The translations under genes and the position numbers were made by a program. 64,000 nucleotides of DNA from Candidatus Scatosoma sp. (GTDB lineage Bacteria; Bacillota; Clostridia; Christensenellales; Borkfalkiaceae), in NCBI GenBank assembly GCA_045636845.1, contig JAZTYG010000011.1, positions 1,345 through 65,344 of the forward strand. Reading direction: 5' to 3'. The notes under the pieces were generated by a model. It saw only the letters and a program-made list of their open reading frames with translations. It made no database searches and was not told the DNA's origin. How positions within the stretch are numbered: the first letter of the stretch is position 1; each line of letters begins with the position of its first letter. Shown here piece by piece: positions 1 through 10,700 of this stretch.

Positions 1-264
1 GGCAGAAATCATGCTAATCTGCGTTTGGCCTACCACGCTCGAGTCGTATGCAGACGTCGAGAAGAAGGGGTTGAATACGCCGTCAAATTCACCAGAACTA
101 AATACCAACGCATCCTTTTCGTTGTCGAAACCCTTGCCCGACACCGTGCCAGAACCAGAAGAGCTGCTGTCGTCGCCGCCCTTATCCTTACAACCTGCAA
201 ATACAGGGAAGGCCGTTGCAAGCGCCAACGTAAGACTGATCAACTTTAAGAATTTTCTATTCAT
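1..264 (-). CDS. ABC-transporter substrate-binding lipoprotein (family 5 / oligopeptide type), 5' part only; ORF runs off the left edge
   Basis: Absent from the ORF track because it has no stop in the window. My translation of the minus strand from ATG 264: MNRKFLKLISLTLALATAFPVFAGCKDKGGDDSSSSGSGTVSGKGFDNEKDALVFSSGEFDGVFNPFFSTSAYDSSVVGQTQISMISA. AAGGAG lies 10 nt upstream. Lipobox FAGC, then an S/G linker. The LVFSSGEF..FNPFF..AYD..V..TQ stretch is typical of the mature N-terminus of SBP_bac_5 proteins. Confidence 0.6.
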   Translation of the reverse strand, partial: MNRKFLKLISLTLALATAFPVFAGCKDKGGDDSSSSGSGTVSGKGFDNEKDALVFSSGEFDGVFNPFFSTSAYDSSVVGQTQISMISA

Positions 265-321
265 TGTTCATCTACTCCTTATATGTTAATTTTTATTTTT
301 TCCATTTTAATATCGCGTAGC

Positions 322-1701
322 TTATTCGGCTGCTACTTCTACGATTTCAACGCTGCCCGTTACGGTTGCTTTGCCCTGTGCGGGAGCTTCCCACCACAAG
401 GGGTTTTGCGCCGTTACGTGCGTGTAGCAGTTTGCATCTGCAAACAAGATACGGCAGTTGTTCAACGTCACATTTTGCATCGTACCATTGTCGCCAAGGT
501 TGTACGCCAAGAATGCAGCCCTGTGTTCGTTACCAGGGATCGTCGTACCGTATTCCGTTCTAAGCTTCAAGGTTACATTGTCAAACTTAAGGTTTTCCAC
601 CGTACCGTTCATTCTGCCGAAAATGCTGTGCGCCATGTATTGACCGTTGGGCTTTTTCACAACCGATTCCACCGTCAAATTCTTGATGGTGTAGCCGTTG
701 CCGTAAATCGTACCCGAGAAACTGCTGAGAACACCCCAAGGTTCTTCCGCGCTTGCATAATCAATATCTTCCAACAAATACCATTTGCTTGCTTGGTTCA
801 AGGTCTTGAGATTCTTGTTGCTAATAAACTCGTATTTACCAGCCAAATACTTCACGTAAATCTTTACCACGTTGGTAGAAATCGTTGTCGTTTCTTCCTC
901 TTTCGTTTCAGGATTTACCTGCGTAATTTCCTCTTCATGACGGCCAGGGTGTTGGTAATTGCTATCCAACAACGTCGTGTACTTGCTATCCATATAGAAA
1001 TCCAAAACCGTATAGCTGGAGCTAGACAAGCCCGATTTAATATAGTCCGCACGACGAAGAATCGTACCCGTAGTCTTATCTTTATCGTAGAGTTTATCGA
1101 TGATGGTATCACCAGGTTCAACCGTGTATTGACGGAGTTCCTTTTCCGTTACCACTACCTTATCGCCATCCATCTTTTCTTCCACCATACACAAGGTAAA
1201 GCGGAATACTTCACGCCACTGCGCCACCAAGGTAATATCCTTCGTTACTTTATCGGTGATAAAGTTCCAAGGGGTTTCCGATTCAAGCTTAGCGTTGCCG
1301 TTTGCATCATAAACTACATTGCCGTCCGCGTCCGTCTTTGCAACAAACCAAGATTTGGTCAAAATTGCTTCATCGTTGGTTTCATCGTCCCCATCGCTCT
1401 TCGCTTCGCCTACCAACTGATAGTCGCGACGAGTGGGAATTTTAACGGATGCCTGCGTTTTACCATCCACATAACCGGGGGCAGGTGCAGGCGAGTTTTC
1501 CTTTACCAGCGCATAGGTGCGGTAAGAGTTACTGCCGTAAGAACCGCCGTTTGCATCATAGGTTACGCGACAGCTATACCCTTCCTCTCTTTTGATCGCT
1601 TCTTGATCCGCGCCATAGGAGCAAGCGCTAAAGATGCCTGCCGCTAAGGTAGCCACCATAATACTGCTTGCAATAAAGATTTTCTTAAATATCTTTTTCA
1701 C
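322..1701 (-). CDS. surface lipoprotein with InlB B-repeat (Flg_new) domains and a C-terminal beta-helix-like region
   Basis: Track ORF is 322..1758. I prefer GTG 1701 (AGGAGG at 1714-1719, 12 nt upstream), which gives VKKIFKKIFIASSIMVATLAAGIFSAC, a lipoprotein signal with lipobox FSAC. ATG 1725 is the alternative. RVTYDANGGSYGS...ITLVAQW is a Listeria-Bacteroides repeat. FSGTIYGNGYTIKNLTV is the F.G...GNG..I.NL signature that opens GLUG-type beta-helical regions of Firmicute surface proteins. Confidence 0.7.
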   Translation of the reverse strand: MKKIFKKIFIASSIMVATLAAGIFSACSYGADQEAIKREEGYSCRVTYDANGGSYGSNSYRTYALVKENSPAPAPGYVDGKTQASVKIPTRRDYQLVGEAKSDGDDETNDEAILTKSWFVAKTDADGNVVYDANGNAKLESETPWNFITDKVTKDITLVAQWREVFRFTLCMVEEKMDGDKVVVTEKELRQYTVEPGDTIIDKLYDKDKTTGTILRRADYIKSGLSSSSYTVLDFYMDSKYTTLLDSNYQHPGRHEEEITQVNPETKEEETTTISTNVVKIYVKYLAGKYEFISNKNLKTLNQASKWYLLEDIDYASAEEPWGVLSSFSGTIYGNGYTIKNLTVESVVKKPNGQYMAHSIFGRMNGTVENLKFDNVTLKLRTEYGTTIPGNEHRAAFLAYNLGDNGTMQNVTLNNCRILFADANCYTHVTAQNPLWWEAPAQGKATVTGSVEIVEVAAE

Positions 1702-1731
1702 TGTTCTATTATTCCTCCTGTCCATTTCGCC

Positions 1732-1752
1732 ACGGCGGCAAACCGCCGCCGT
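1732..1752 (-). promoter_or_regulatory. GC-rich intercistronic hairpin without U-tract
   Basis: ACGGCGGC (1732-1739), loop AAACC, GCCGCCGT (1745-1752). Lies between the 986-aa gene stop (1788) and the lipoprotein start. Confidence 0.5.
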
Positions 1753-1787
1753 AGCCATGGGTTGTTTACATCTTATCCGCCTGTAAG

Positions 1788-4748
1788 TTACGCGTTAACG
1801 TAAATGTAAATTTGTATGTCCGTGCGGTTGCCGAACTCGTCTTCTACCGCAATGACCGCCGTATAAGTTCCTACGTCCGTCAAGTTGTAATATTTACCTT
1901 CCGTTGCAATAAGCGTTGCGCCTGCAGCGTTTTTCACGTTAACAACATACAATTCGCAATTCGTTTGAGATTGATCGTCTTTGTAGTAGATTACATTATC
2001 GTTTACCACGTGCGACAACAAATCAAATTGTGCAAGCGATGCGTCGCTCGTCAACACAATGTTTTTGTTTGCAGAAACTTCGGGCGTCTTCGAATCGATT
2101 GCTTTTACTTCAAAATTTCTATATTCGGCAGGCAAGTATGCCTTGTAGATTTCCACATAAGAGTAGAAGTCTGCGCCGTTTTCGTCGTCGTTGCTCCAGT
2201 GGTCAACATAGGTATCTCTAACGTAAATAACAGGGGTTACAAAGGAACCGCCCTTCGTGTAGCCTGCGCCTGCAAATACGTTCGTCTTGAATTGCACAAT
2301 CGAATAACCTACGATTTCGCCTCTCAAAATAACACGCTTTAAGCTAGTACAGCTTGCAAATGCACGATTGTTAATCGTTTTAAGCTGAGACAAGGATTCT
2401 TCATCGGAAACCTTACCAAAGTTTGCTTCTACAAGCGAGGAACAACCTTCAAACGCGCTTTCACCAACGGTTGTCAAGCTATCACCGAAGGAAACAGCGG
2501 TCAACGCGGAACAACCATAGAAGGCTTTGCTTTCCACCGTTTTAAGGCTTTCCAAGAAGGAAATGTTGATGTCCGTCAATGCCGTACAGCCTTCAAACAT
2601 GCTGGTACCAAGTGCAGCGAGGTTATATTGGAAGGTGAATTCCACCTTCGTCAACGAGGTGCAGTTCTTGAACGCGCCAACACCCATCGCAGCAAACGCT
2701 TGACCGATTTCTACGGTCTGCAACGCACTGTTTGCAAACGCGTAATCACCTACCAGACGAACCTTATTGCTCAAGGTTAAGTTTTTAATCGTGGTATTGC
2801 CCATAAACGCGCCGCCTGCGATAATTTCTACCGTGCTGGGCGTTTCTTCGTTTTCCACATTCGTACCTATGTACTTGTAGATAATTTTACCCTGTTCATC
2901 GAAGAAAATATAGGATGCTACGGGGTTGTTTTCGGTTGCGTCCGTAGGCATCGTCGTTTCGTATGTGGTACCTGCGAATACCGTGATCCCGATTTCCGTA
3001 ATCGAGCTGTTAAACTCTACCGACTGCAAGGAGCTGCTTGCAAATGCGTTGTCGCCGATATGGAACAAACGAACGGGCAAGCTAATTTCCGTAAGCGTCG
3101 TGCCGCTAAATGCATTTGCGCCGATACCATACACGCTGTCGGGCAAGTTCACTTCGCTTACCTTGTAGCCGTTAAACGCATCGTTTTCTACCCAAATAAC
3201 AGGCAACTGACCATGTGTACCGTCGTTATAAAATTCGGGTACAAGCAACAAAAGATCGTCCTTTGCCGCATTGTTTGCTTCGCCTTCTGCATCATAACCC
3301 GTCAATGCGTAGCCCTTTACCTCTGCGCCCTTATCCGTGATAATCGTCTTATAGGTATAGGCAAGGTTGGAGGTGTAAATGTAAGGGATCAAGCGCATAT
3401 CCATCGCAATTTTGTCCCCTTCGCGATAGCTGCTACCGCTCGTAGTGTAGAAACCATCTACCGTACAACCACGCGCTTCGTAGGTTGCCTTCACACCCGC
3501 CGTTTGCGCGTTCAAAAGTTCCGTAGCGATTTCCGTGTTCTTCTCTACAAAGAAAGAAGTTTCTTCGGTATCGTTTACAAAGGTTACTTGGCAATATGCT
3601 GCCGAACGGCTCCATACTGCGTACAAATCTACTTCGCTTGCAGGCACTTTACCGTCGAAACGGTTGCTGCCGTTTGCATCAAACGCCCACGCGCTAAACT
3701 TGAAGATAGGTTTGTCCGTCAAATCCGTTGCCGCGCCCAAGTAAGAGGATTTCAGTTGCTCTGTAATGGTCGCGGTGAAGGTGTCAATCGCGTCCTGGAT
3801 GCCGCTAATCGAAGCAACGTCTTCGCCTTCGTTACCTGCAACCGTGATTACCGTGTCTTGACCTTGGTAGTTAAAGTGCAACTTCATCGCAACGTTTTGC
3901 GCTTGGTCGTGCCACTTTGCATACAAGGTTACAACACCTTTGGGGATTACGGTTACATCGTACGCCGTTGTAAGCGCCGCATTCGAATACCAACCTTCAA
4001 AAATTTGACCTGCCTTCGTAGGCGCTTCAATTTCACCAACAAGGTCGCCCGTTGTGCCATAGATAGGCGCAACTTCGCTTCCGCCGTTCGTTTCAAAGAT
4101 AAAACCGTTCAAAGCCACCCATTTTGCATAGATGGTCAAATTGCTCTTCGGCATTTGAGGCGCAGCGAAGAAGGAAAATTCCTTCGTGCAAGCCGCATCC
4201 TTATACCAACCGCCGAACGAATAATTTTCTTTCGTGGGTTGAGCAGGCTCTAACAAGTATGCGTTAGGACGGTAGGAAACCGATTCAATCGTCGAACCGC
4301 CGTTTGTTTCAAAGGTAAGCACATACATTTCTTCCGTGCCCCATTCTGCATACAAGGTTATATTGCCTTCCACCGTATAGAGCGCATCTACACGAGTCGT
4401 CAAGCCTTCATCCGAGCACCAGCCGTAGAACCAGCCGTTTTCTTTTTCGGGCTTATATTCATTCAAGTCCACAACCGTACCTGCTTCCACCTGAATAGCT
4501 TCCACCTTCGTACCGCCGTTGGTTTCAAACTTAATCGTGTAAATTTGCGCCTGCTCTGAGCTTTCTACGCTGCTGCTCGAGCTATCTGAAGACGGGTTAC
4601 CGCCTCCAGACAAACTAGCAACAATAATCGCGGTAGAAGAGCCGACAACAACAACCGCAGCAACAATAATTGCGATAAGCTTGTTGGCTACAATTTTTTG
4701 CCAAAGCTTCTTGAAGAACGCTTTTACTTTTTCAAAAAATTCTTTCAC
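1788..4748 (-). CDS. signal-anchored surface protein: 5x InlB B-repeat + BspA-type LRR solenoid + C-terminal Ig-like domain
   Basis: GTG start with AAGGAGG ~10 nt upstream, 15 nt after the upstream stop. Signal-anchor KLIAIIVAAVVVVGSSTAIIVASL plus a Ser-rich linker. B-repeats: YTIKFETNGGT...ITLYAEW, YVLTFETNGGS...LTIYAKW, FIFETNGGSE...VTLYAKW and two degenerate copies. About 400 aa of LRRs with the IG..AF.GC..L..V.F pattern. C-terminal VGTYTAVIAVEDEFGNRTD (DUF5011/HYR-like Ig). No LPXTG. Confidence 0.85.
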   Translation of the reverse strand: MKEFFEKVKAFFKKLWQKIVANKLIAIIVAAVVVVGSSTAIIVASLSGGGNPSSDSSSSSVESSEQAQIYTIKFETNGGTKVEAIQVEAGTVVDLNEYKPEKENGWFYGWCSDEGLTTRVDALYTVEGNITLYAEWGTEEMYVLTFETNGGSTIESVSYRPNAYLLEPAQPTKENYSFGGWYKDAACTKEFSFFAAPQMPKSNLTIYAKWVALNGFIFETNGGSEVAPIYGTTGDLVGEIEAPTKAGQIFEGWYSNAALTTAYDVTVIPKGVVTLYAKWHDQAQNVAMKLHFNYQGQDTVITVAGNEGEDVASISGIQDAIDTFTATITEQLKSSYLGAATDLTDKPIFKFSAWAFDANGSNRFDGKVPASEVDLYAVWSRSAAYCQVTFVNDTEETSFFVEKNTEIATELLNAQTAGVKATYEARGCTVDGFYTTSGSSYREGDKIAMDMRLIPYIYTSNLAYTYKTIITDKGAEVKGYALTGYDAEGEANNAAKDDLLLLVPEFYNDGTHGQLPVIWVENDAFNGYKVSEVNLPDSVYGIGANAFSGTTLTEISLPVRLFHIGDNAFASSSLQSVEFNSSITEIGITVFAGTTYETTMPTDATENNPVASYIFFDEQGKIIYKYIGTNVENEETPSTVEIIAGGAFMGNTTIKNLTLSNKVRLVGDYAFANSALQTVEIGQAFAAMGVGAFKNCTSLTKVEFTFQYNLAALGTSMFEGCTALTDINISFLESLKTVESKAFYGCSALTAVSFGDSLTTVGESAFEGCSSLVEANFGKVSDEESLSQLKTINNRAFASCTSLKRVILRGEIVGYSIVQFKTNVFAGAGYTKGGSFVTPVIYVRDTYVDHWSNDDENGADFYSYVEIYKAYLPAEYRNFEVKAIDSKTPEVSANKNIVLTSDASLAQFDLLSHVVNDNVIYYKDDQSQTNCELYVVNVKNAAGATLIATEGKYYNLTDVGTYTAVIAVEDEFGNRTDIQIYIYVNA

Positions 4749-4763
4749 AGCTTTTCTACCTCC

Positions 4764-7700
4764 TTATGCTTTCAATGCCGCAATCTTTTCAACCGCAGCC
4801 GTAAGCTTATTTGTAAGTTCTTCCGAAATGAATGCCTTCTGCGTTTCCGACATAATGAAGTAAATCATATTCATTTCGTTTACAACCGCTTCGTCTTCCA
4901 AGGTAAGCGCCTCAACGTCCAAAGCAGTCAACCAGTCGAGCAAGTTCTGCGTGCTGGTTTCCATCAATTCTTCAGAATAATATTTTTCCATGAAGAATAA
5001 TTGATAAATGATACTTTCAAAGCCCTTTGCGTTTACAGGGATAATCATATCGCTCATCAAGTAGCCTGCCGTGTAAACGAAGGTTGCGTACATTTGGTCA
5101 AGCGCCGACGATTCTTCGTTGTAGCTCGATTCAATGATAGGCGCCTGCAAACCCTTGAAGATGAACTTCGTGAAGGGTACACGCGAGGTTGCCGCAAGCT
5201 GCTGGTTGAGTTCCAACACACCGTAACCCATATTGAAGAATGCGTAAGGCCCGATCGTCTTCACGCTTGCAGGAATTTCTACTGCGTGAATATATTTACA
5301 ATGGCCCATTGCCCAAGCGCTGATTCTCGACGTGCCTTCCAAGATCTTGAAGGGTTCAAGGTTGTTGTAATCGAAATCGTTACCTTCCAAATAACCTTCA
5401 TCAATCTTATCCATGCGCGTGTTGTTAGGAACTGCTACCAATTCATAAGTACCGTTATCCAACGTCTTGTACAAGCCGTAAACTTTTTTACCTTCGCTCG
5501 TGGTTTGTACATCTACGAAGAAGGTCTTGTTCTTCGCCGCAACGCTAATGATTTGAAGACCTGCACAACCTACAAATGCGGGTTCTGCGATTTCCTTCAA
5601 GGTTTCCGGCAAGCTAATCGAGACGATCGCCTGGTTGTAGAATACCGTTGCACCCATGGAAACAAGCTTCTTACCAAGGGATACTTCCGTAATCGTAGCA
5701 TTAGCCGGCTGTTCCGTTGCGAATGCCATATCACCAAGTACTTCTACCTGTGTGAGGTCAATTCTCTTAATATTGCTGCAATTATAGAACGCACCTGCGC
5801 CGATTTCAATTGCATTCAAGGTCAATTTACCTGCGGTGTTGTTGATAAGGAATTTCGTACCCAAGAACGCTTGCGCGCCGAAGTATTCTACGTCTTCCAA
5901 ATCAATGTTACGGATCGCACTGCCGATAAACGCATTTGCGCCGATACGCTTCAAAGCACCGTTGTGGTTAAGACGGTTAAGACCAGTTGCGTACATAAAC
6001 GCGCCTTCGCCGATTTCCGTTACACCATTCAAGGTAATTTCTTCCATTACAGAGTTACCTGCAAATGCGTAAGCACCGATGGTTTCAACCGAATCAGGAA
6101 TGGTTACGTTTGCAAGAGCGCTATGATAATAGAAACTGCCGCTCGTCGTACCAGGGGTATAGAAAGCATAGTCACCCAACATCTTCGCGCCGTTGCCCAT
6201 CGTGAAGGTCGTCAATACAGGACACGCGGAGAATACGTAGGATTCCATCACTTGAAGGCCTGCGGATACGTAAACTTCTTCCAAAGCGTAGCAGCCAACG
6301 AATGCGGAGTACTTCAATACTTCCACCGTATCGGGCATAATTACCTTTTGCAAGGATCGGCAACCGCTAAATGCTGCTTGACCGATTACCTTCAAGGTAG
6401 ATTGCTTAGCAAAGTTCAATTCTGCAAGCGCAGCACAATCACGGAACGCTTCAAAGCCGATGCTTTCCACGTTTTCACCGATGTAAAGGCTTCTGATATC
6501 CGTTGCCATAAACGCATAGTCGCCTACCGTCTTCAAAGAGCCGGGCAACTGCACATTGGTCAACTTTTTACTGTTATAGAACGCATACGCGGGGATTTCT
6601 TCCAAATCACAGAGCAAGATAACCGTTTCAAGGTTAGGACATTCTGCAAATGCGTAAGGATCAATCTTCGTTACGCTGGAAGGTACAACCACTTTCGTGA
6701 TACCCGTGTTGCGGAACGCGCCTGCGCCGATCGTTTCAATCCCTTCGGGGATTACTACTTCTTTACCGTTCAAGCTTACGTTGTTTGCATACGCATACTT
6801 CGAAATCGCCTTAAGCTCGGTATCGCCTACCATCGTAGGTACGGTGAATATGTTGCCCGTCGAGGTCAAAGGATATGCGGAAGGCGCAAGGAGTACAACG
6901 GTGCCGTTTGCATTCGTCAACATGCTGTATGCGCCGCTGGTTTCCGTTGCATACTTACCTGCTGCGCCGTTGCCGACAACTTCTACCGTCGTCAATGCGT
7001 TGCAGCCCGTAAATACATTGAAACCAACCTCGGTAATGTTGGACATACCGTCCACCTTCACCGTTGCCAACTTAGTACAACCGTCAAACGCCTTATCGCC
7101 GATCTTTTCAACGCCTGCAGGAATGGTGAATTCCGTCAAAGCCGTACAGCCCTTGAATGCGGAAGCGCCGATGTTCAAGCAAGAACCGTTGAATTCCACG
7201 CTCGTCAAAGCCGTACAACCTTCAAATGCGTTCGCGCCGATGCTTTCCACATCGTTGTTGAACACAATCTTCTTCAAGTTCTTCATGCTCTTGAATACGC
7301 CGTCTGCAACAATCGAACCGCCAAAGTTGATCGTTTCGATGCCCGTGCTCATGAACGTGCCGCTTGCCAAAACGGTATCATCGTGCAAGGTTACCGTCTT
7401 TAATGCGGTACAGTTATTAAAGATGTTCGAACCTGCATAACGCAAGTTGGAAAGATCTACATGTTCAATCGCTTTGCAACCGCTAAACGCGCCGTTGAAC
7501 GCCGCCGTTACACGCGAGAAGTCAAACACCTTCAACTTCTGACAGGAAGAAAATGCGCTGTATTGCAATACGATACGGGTTGCCGTACATTTTTCGGAAG
7601 CGTTCGCATAGAACACATCCCAGTTATAGGTGTTGTTGTCTGCATCATATTCGATGCCAGAATCGCTGTCTTCACCTGCGTCGTACCAGTAAACTTCTTC

Positions 7701-10700
7701 CAAATTCTTACAGCCAGAGAAAGCCGAAGAGGAAATATGTTCAATGGACGAAGGCAAGTAAATTCTTCTAAGACTTGTATTTCTAAAGCAGTATGCGCCG
7801 AGGGAGTTTACACCTTGAGGCACAACTACCGTATCCAAAGTCTGCAAATCTTCAAAAGTACCATCGTAGGATACGCCAGAAGAGTAAGTACCCATTACAT
7901 AGATACCAAGGTTTGCAGGGATAACCAACATCTTTCTTTCGTTACCATTTTCATCCGTGTACTTTTCGCTGTAACCGATACCCTTGTATTCACGGAAATA
8001 GTAGCTTGTTAAGTTATATTCTTCGCCGATGATGATAGTGAATGTACCGATCAAACCATTCGAAGGCGAGGAAAGCAAGATAGAAACGCCGCCCGTTTTT
8101 TTGCAAAGCACACGCGCGCTGTTTGCGTCGGATTCGAGAATTTCCGCTACTTCAGAGTCGGATACTTCCCAAGTCAAATCGGGTACGCTAGTAACATACC
8201 AAGGCTTGAAGCTAGGATACAAGGTAAGCTCCGTACCGCAATCTACCGAAATGCCGCCGCCCGTTACGTCACGGGAAACCTCTTTGGTGTGGTTATCGTA
8301 AGCGCCAACCGTCAATTCTTCAAGGAAGAGAGGCATTGCATCCCCTTCTACCTTTACGTGGAATACGAAGTTGTTGCTGTCGTCTGCCCAGTGGGAAGGC
8401 TGTGCCGTAATCGTTGCCGTACCTTCGCCAACTGCGTACAAATACCCGTTGCGAACCTCTACAACCGCCTTGTCGCTGGTCTTAAATTTCACATCGTAAA
8501 TCATCGGGTCTTGTACAACGCACTTGAAGGTCTTGGTGGTAATTTTACCCGTTCTTGTATTGAATGTGAACACTTCTTCCGCGCCGCATGCAGGACATAC
8601 GAAATGCTTGCTTTCAGGTTGTACATAACGGCTGCCGTTTCTCACAACAGGTTCTGCAATTACATCATAGAAACGCGTATATGCGTCGTAGGTTGCTTCC
8701 GTATCGTCCGCTTCCTTCTGCATTACCGTACCCGTTTCTGCATCGTAGTAATATTGACCCTTCGTATAGGTAAACGCTTGAGTTTCATTATAGGTGAAGC
8801 CGCAAGCTACGCCGTGCGCGTCCTTGTTTTCACAAACAAACGCCGTGTAACTTACCATAGATGTAGACATCTTACCGCTAACCGTACCGTTTGCGCCTTC
8901 GACCGTTACCAAATCCTTCGACAAGTCAACCGACTGGTTGGGACGAAGCACAACCGTTTCGTCGCGCAAGGATGCCGTTACTTCTTTGTTGCTTGCATCT
9001 TTATAGGTGTATTCAAATTCCACTTCGTCTACGATGGTCGTATTCGGGGAAACGATATACGCCGATGCGTTCAATGCGTAGTCGTCGATACGTACGCCGA
9101 TCATGTTCGACCATTCGCCACTTGCCTGCGAGTATTGACCATTCAACGCACCCGTGAAGTTTTCCATATAATCGGTAATGTTGATGGATATTTTTGTAAC
9201 GCCATCTCTTACCGGGTTCTTAACGGGGATAGGATACGTCATCAAGAAGTCTGCTTCCGTATCCGAAATGGGCACGAAAAGCTGTACGCTTTGAGGATAG
9301 TGGTTATCGTAAAGTTCCAAATCAAGGAATGCCTTACGCGTACCGTCGCCGTTATCTTCATAACGAACTTGGCTCGACTTGATCATAGGCGCTTGATAGT
9401 CAACATAGAAGGTGAATTCCTTTGTTTCTACTACGCCTTCGTCAATGTGCGCCGTCATAGTAACCGTGTATTTTTCGTTGTTCAAGAGCCCCATTTCATA
9501 CACGTTCATCTCAAATTCAACAACCGAGGGGCCTGCGTTGTGCGATTTTCTTACACCGTATTCGGTCTTGCTATATACAACCTCACCGGTTGCCGCGTTG
9601 GTTACACAAAGGTCCATCTCACCAACCGCACGGAGCATACCCATATACATTGCATAGAATTCGTAGATGCCGTAGTAGCTGTTACCAACCGCAATCTTAT
9701 CCGACGACGCTTCGATACCAGGGTCAGCATCGTTTTCCATCGTGTACAAGTATTGACCCAAGGGCAAATAGAATTCGGAATATTCCTTATACGCTCTACC
9801 GATTGCAACCGATTCATAAATCGCTGCTACCGTCTTATCTTCATCCTTAATCGAGGAATCGTATTTATCTTTACTTACTTCGTAAGCGCTCTTATCGAAG
9901 TGAGGCGCTTCTTCCCAGTCACCATAGAACGTAAGGTAAGGGATAGACAAATCAACTGCATTCTCGCTGTCCAAATCGGTAAGCGCTACGAAACCTTCTA
10001 CATATATACCGTTTGCAAAGTTTTCGTTCATGTACGCTTTATCGCTTGCGCTCAACGCGAGGGTTACCGTTACCTCTACATCCTTACCGCCTTCCAAGGT
10101 CAAGGTGTCGCCAACCGACTTACCATTGACGTAGAAGTGCTTCTGCGCGTTTTCGAACATGTAAGCTTTTTCTTCTACCGTAATGTTGTCGATAGAAACG
10201 CTTTCCGTCATCGCCAACACATCCAAAGCGTAGGTCTTTGTCTTGTTCGAAGTATTATTCACACGGAAGTGCATGGTGTAAACACCCGTTTTTGCGGGGT
10301 CGTCGCCAAGCTCAAGCTTTGCCTTCGCGCTGTTTTCTACATACAAGAAAGCATCCGTGTTGATTGCTTTACCGATATCGCCAAGGCCTGCGCCCTGCTT
10401 TCTAACCGCATAAGGCAAGCCGTTTTCATCGTAAACGATGGTTGCCGTACTCATCAACAAGTGGTTTACACGGTTTGCAAGTGCGATACCCGTCAAACCA
10501 TAGTTTTCGGATACATGTTGACGCAACAAGGTTACAGCGCCCGCCATGTTAGGCGAAGCCATACTCGTACCGCTGTTGATTGCGTAGCCGCCTACAACCG
10601 CAGAGGTGATTTCACCGCCGTGCGCCGTAATTTCGGGCTTAATTCTCAAATCGTTGGTAGGACCCCACGAGGAGAAATCGGACATGAAAGGACCTGCTTT

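Noticed and set aside
1474-1488. GGGGGCAGGTGCAGG on the plus strand, i.e. the first 10 nt of the word in the opposite orientation.
   Set aside because: Only 10 nt match and the rest diverges. It encodes PAPAPG on the minus strand. A single 10-mer match is compatible with chance, about 0.1 expected.
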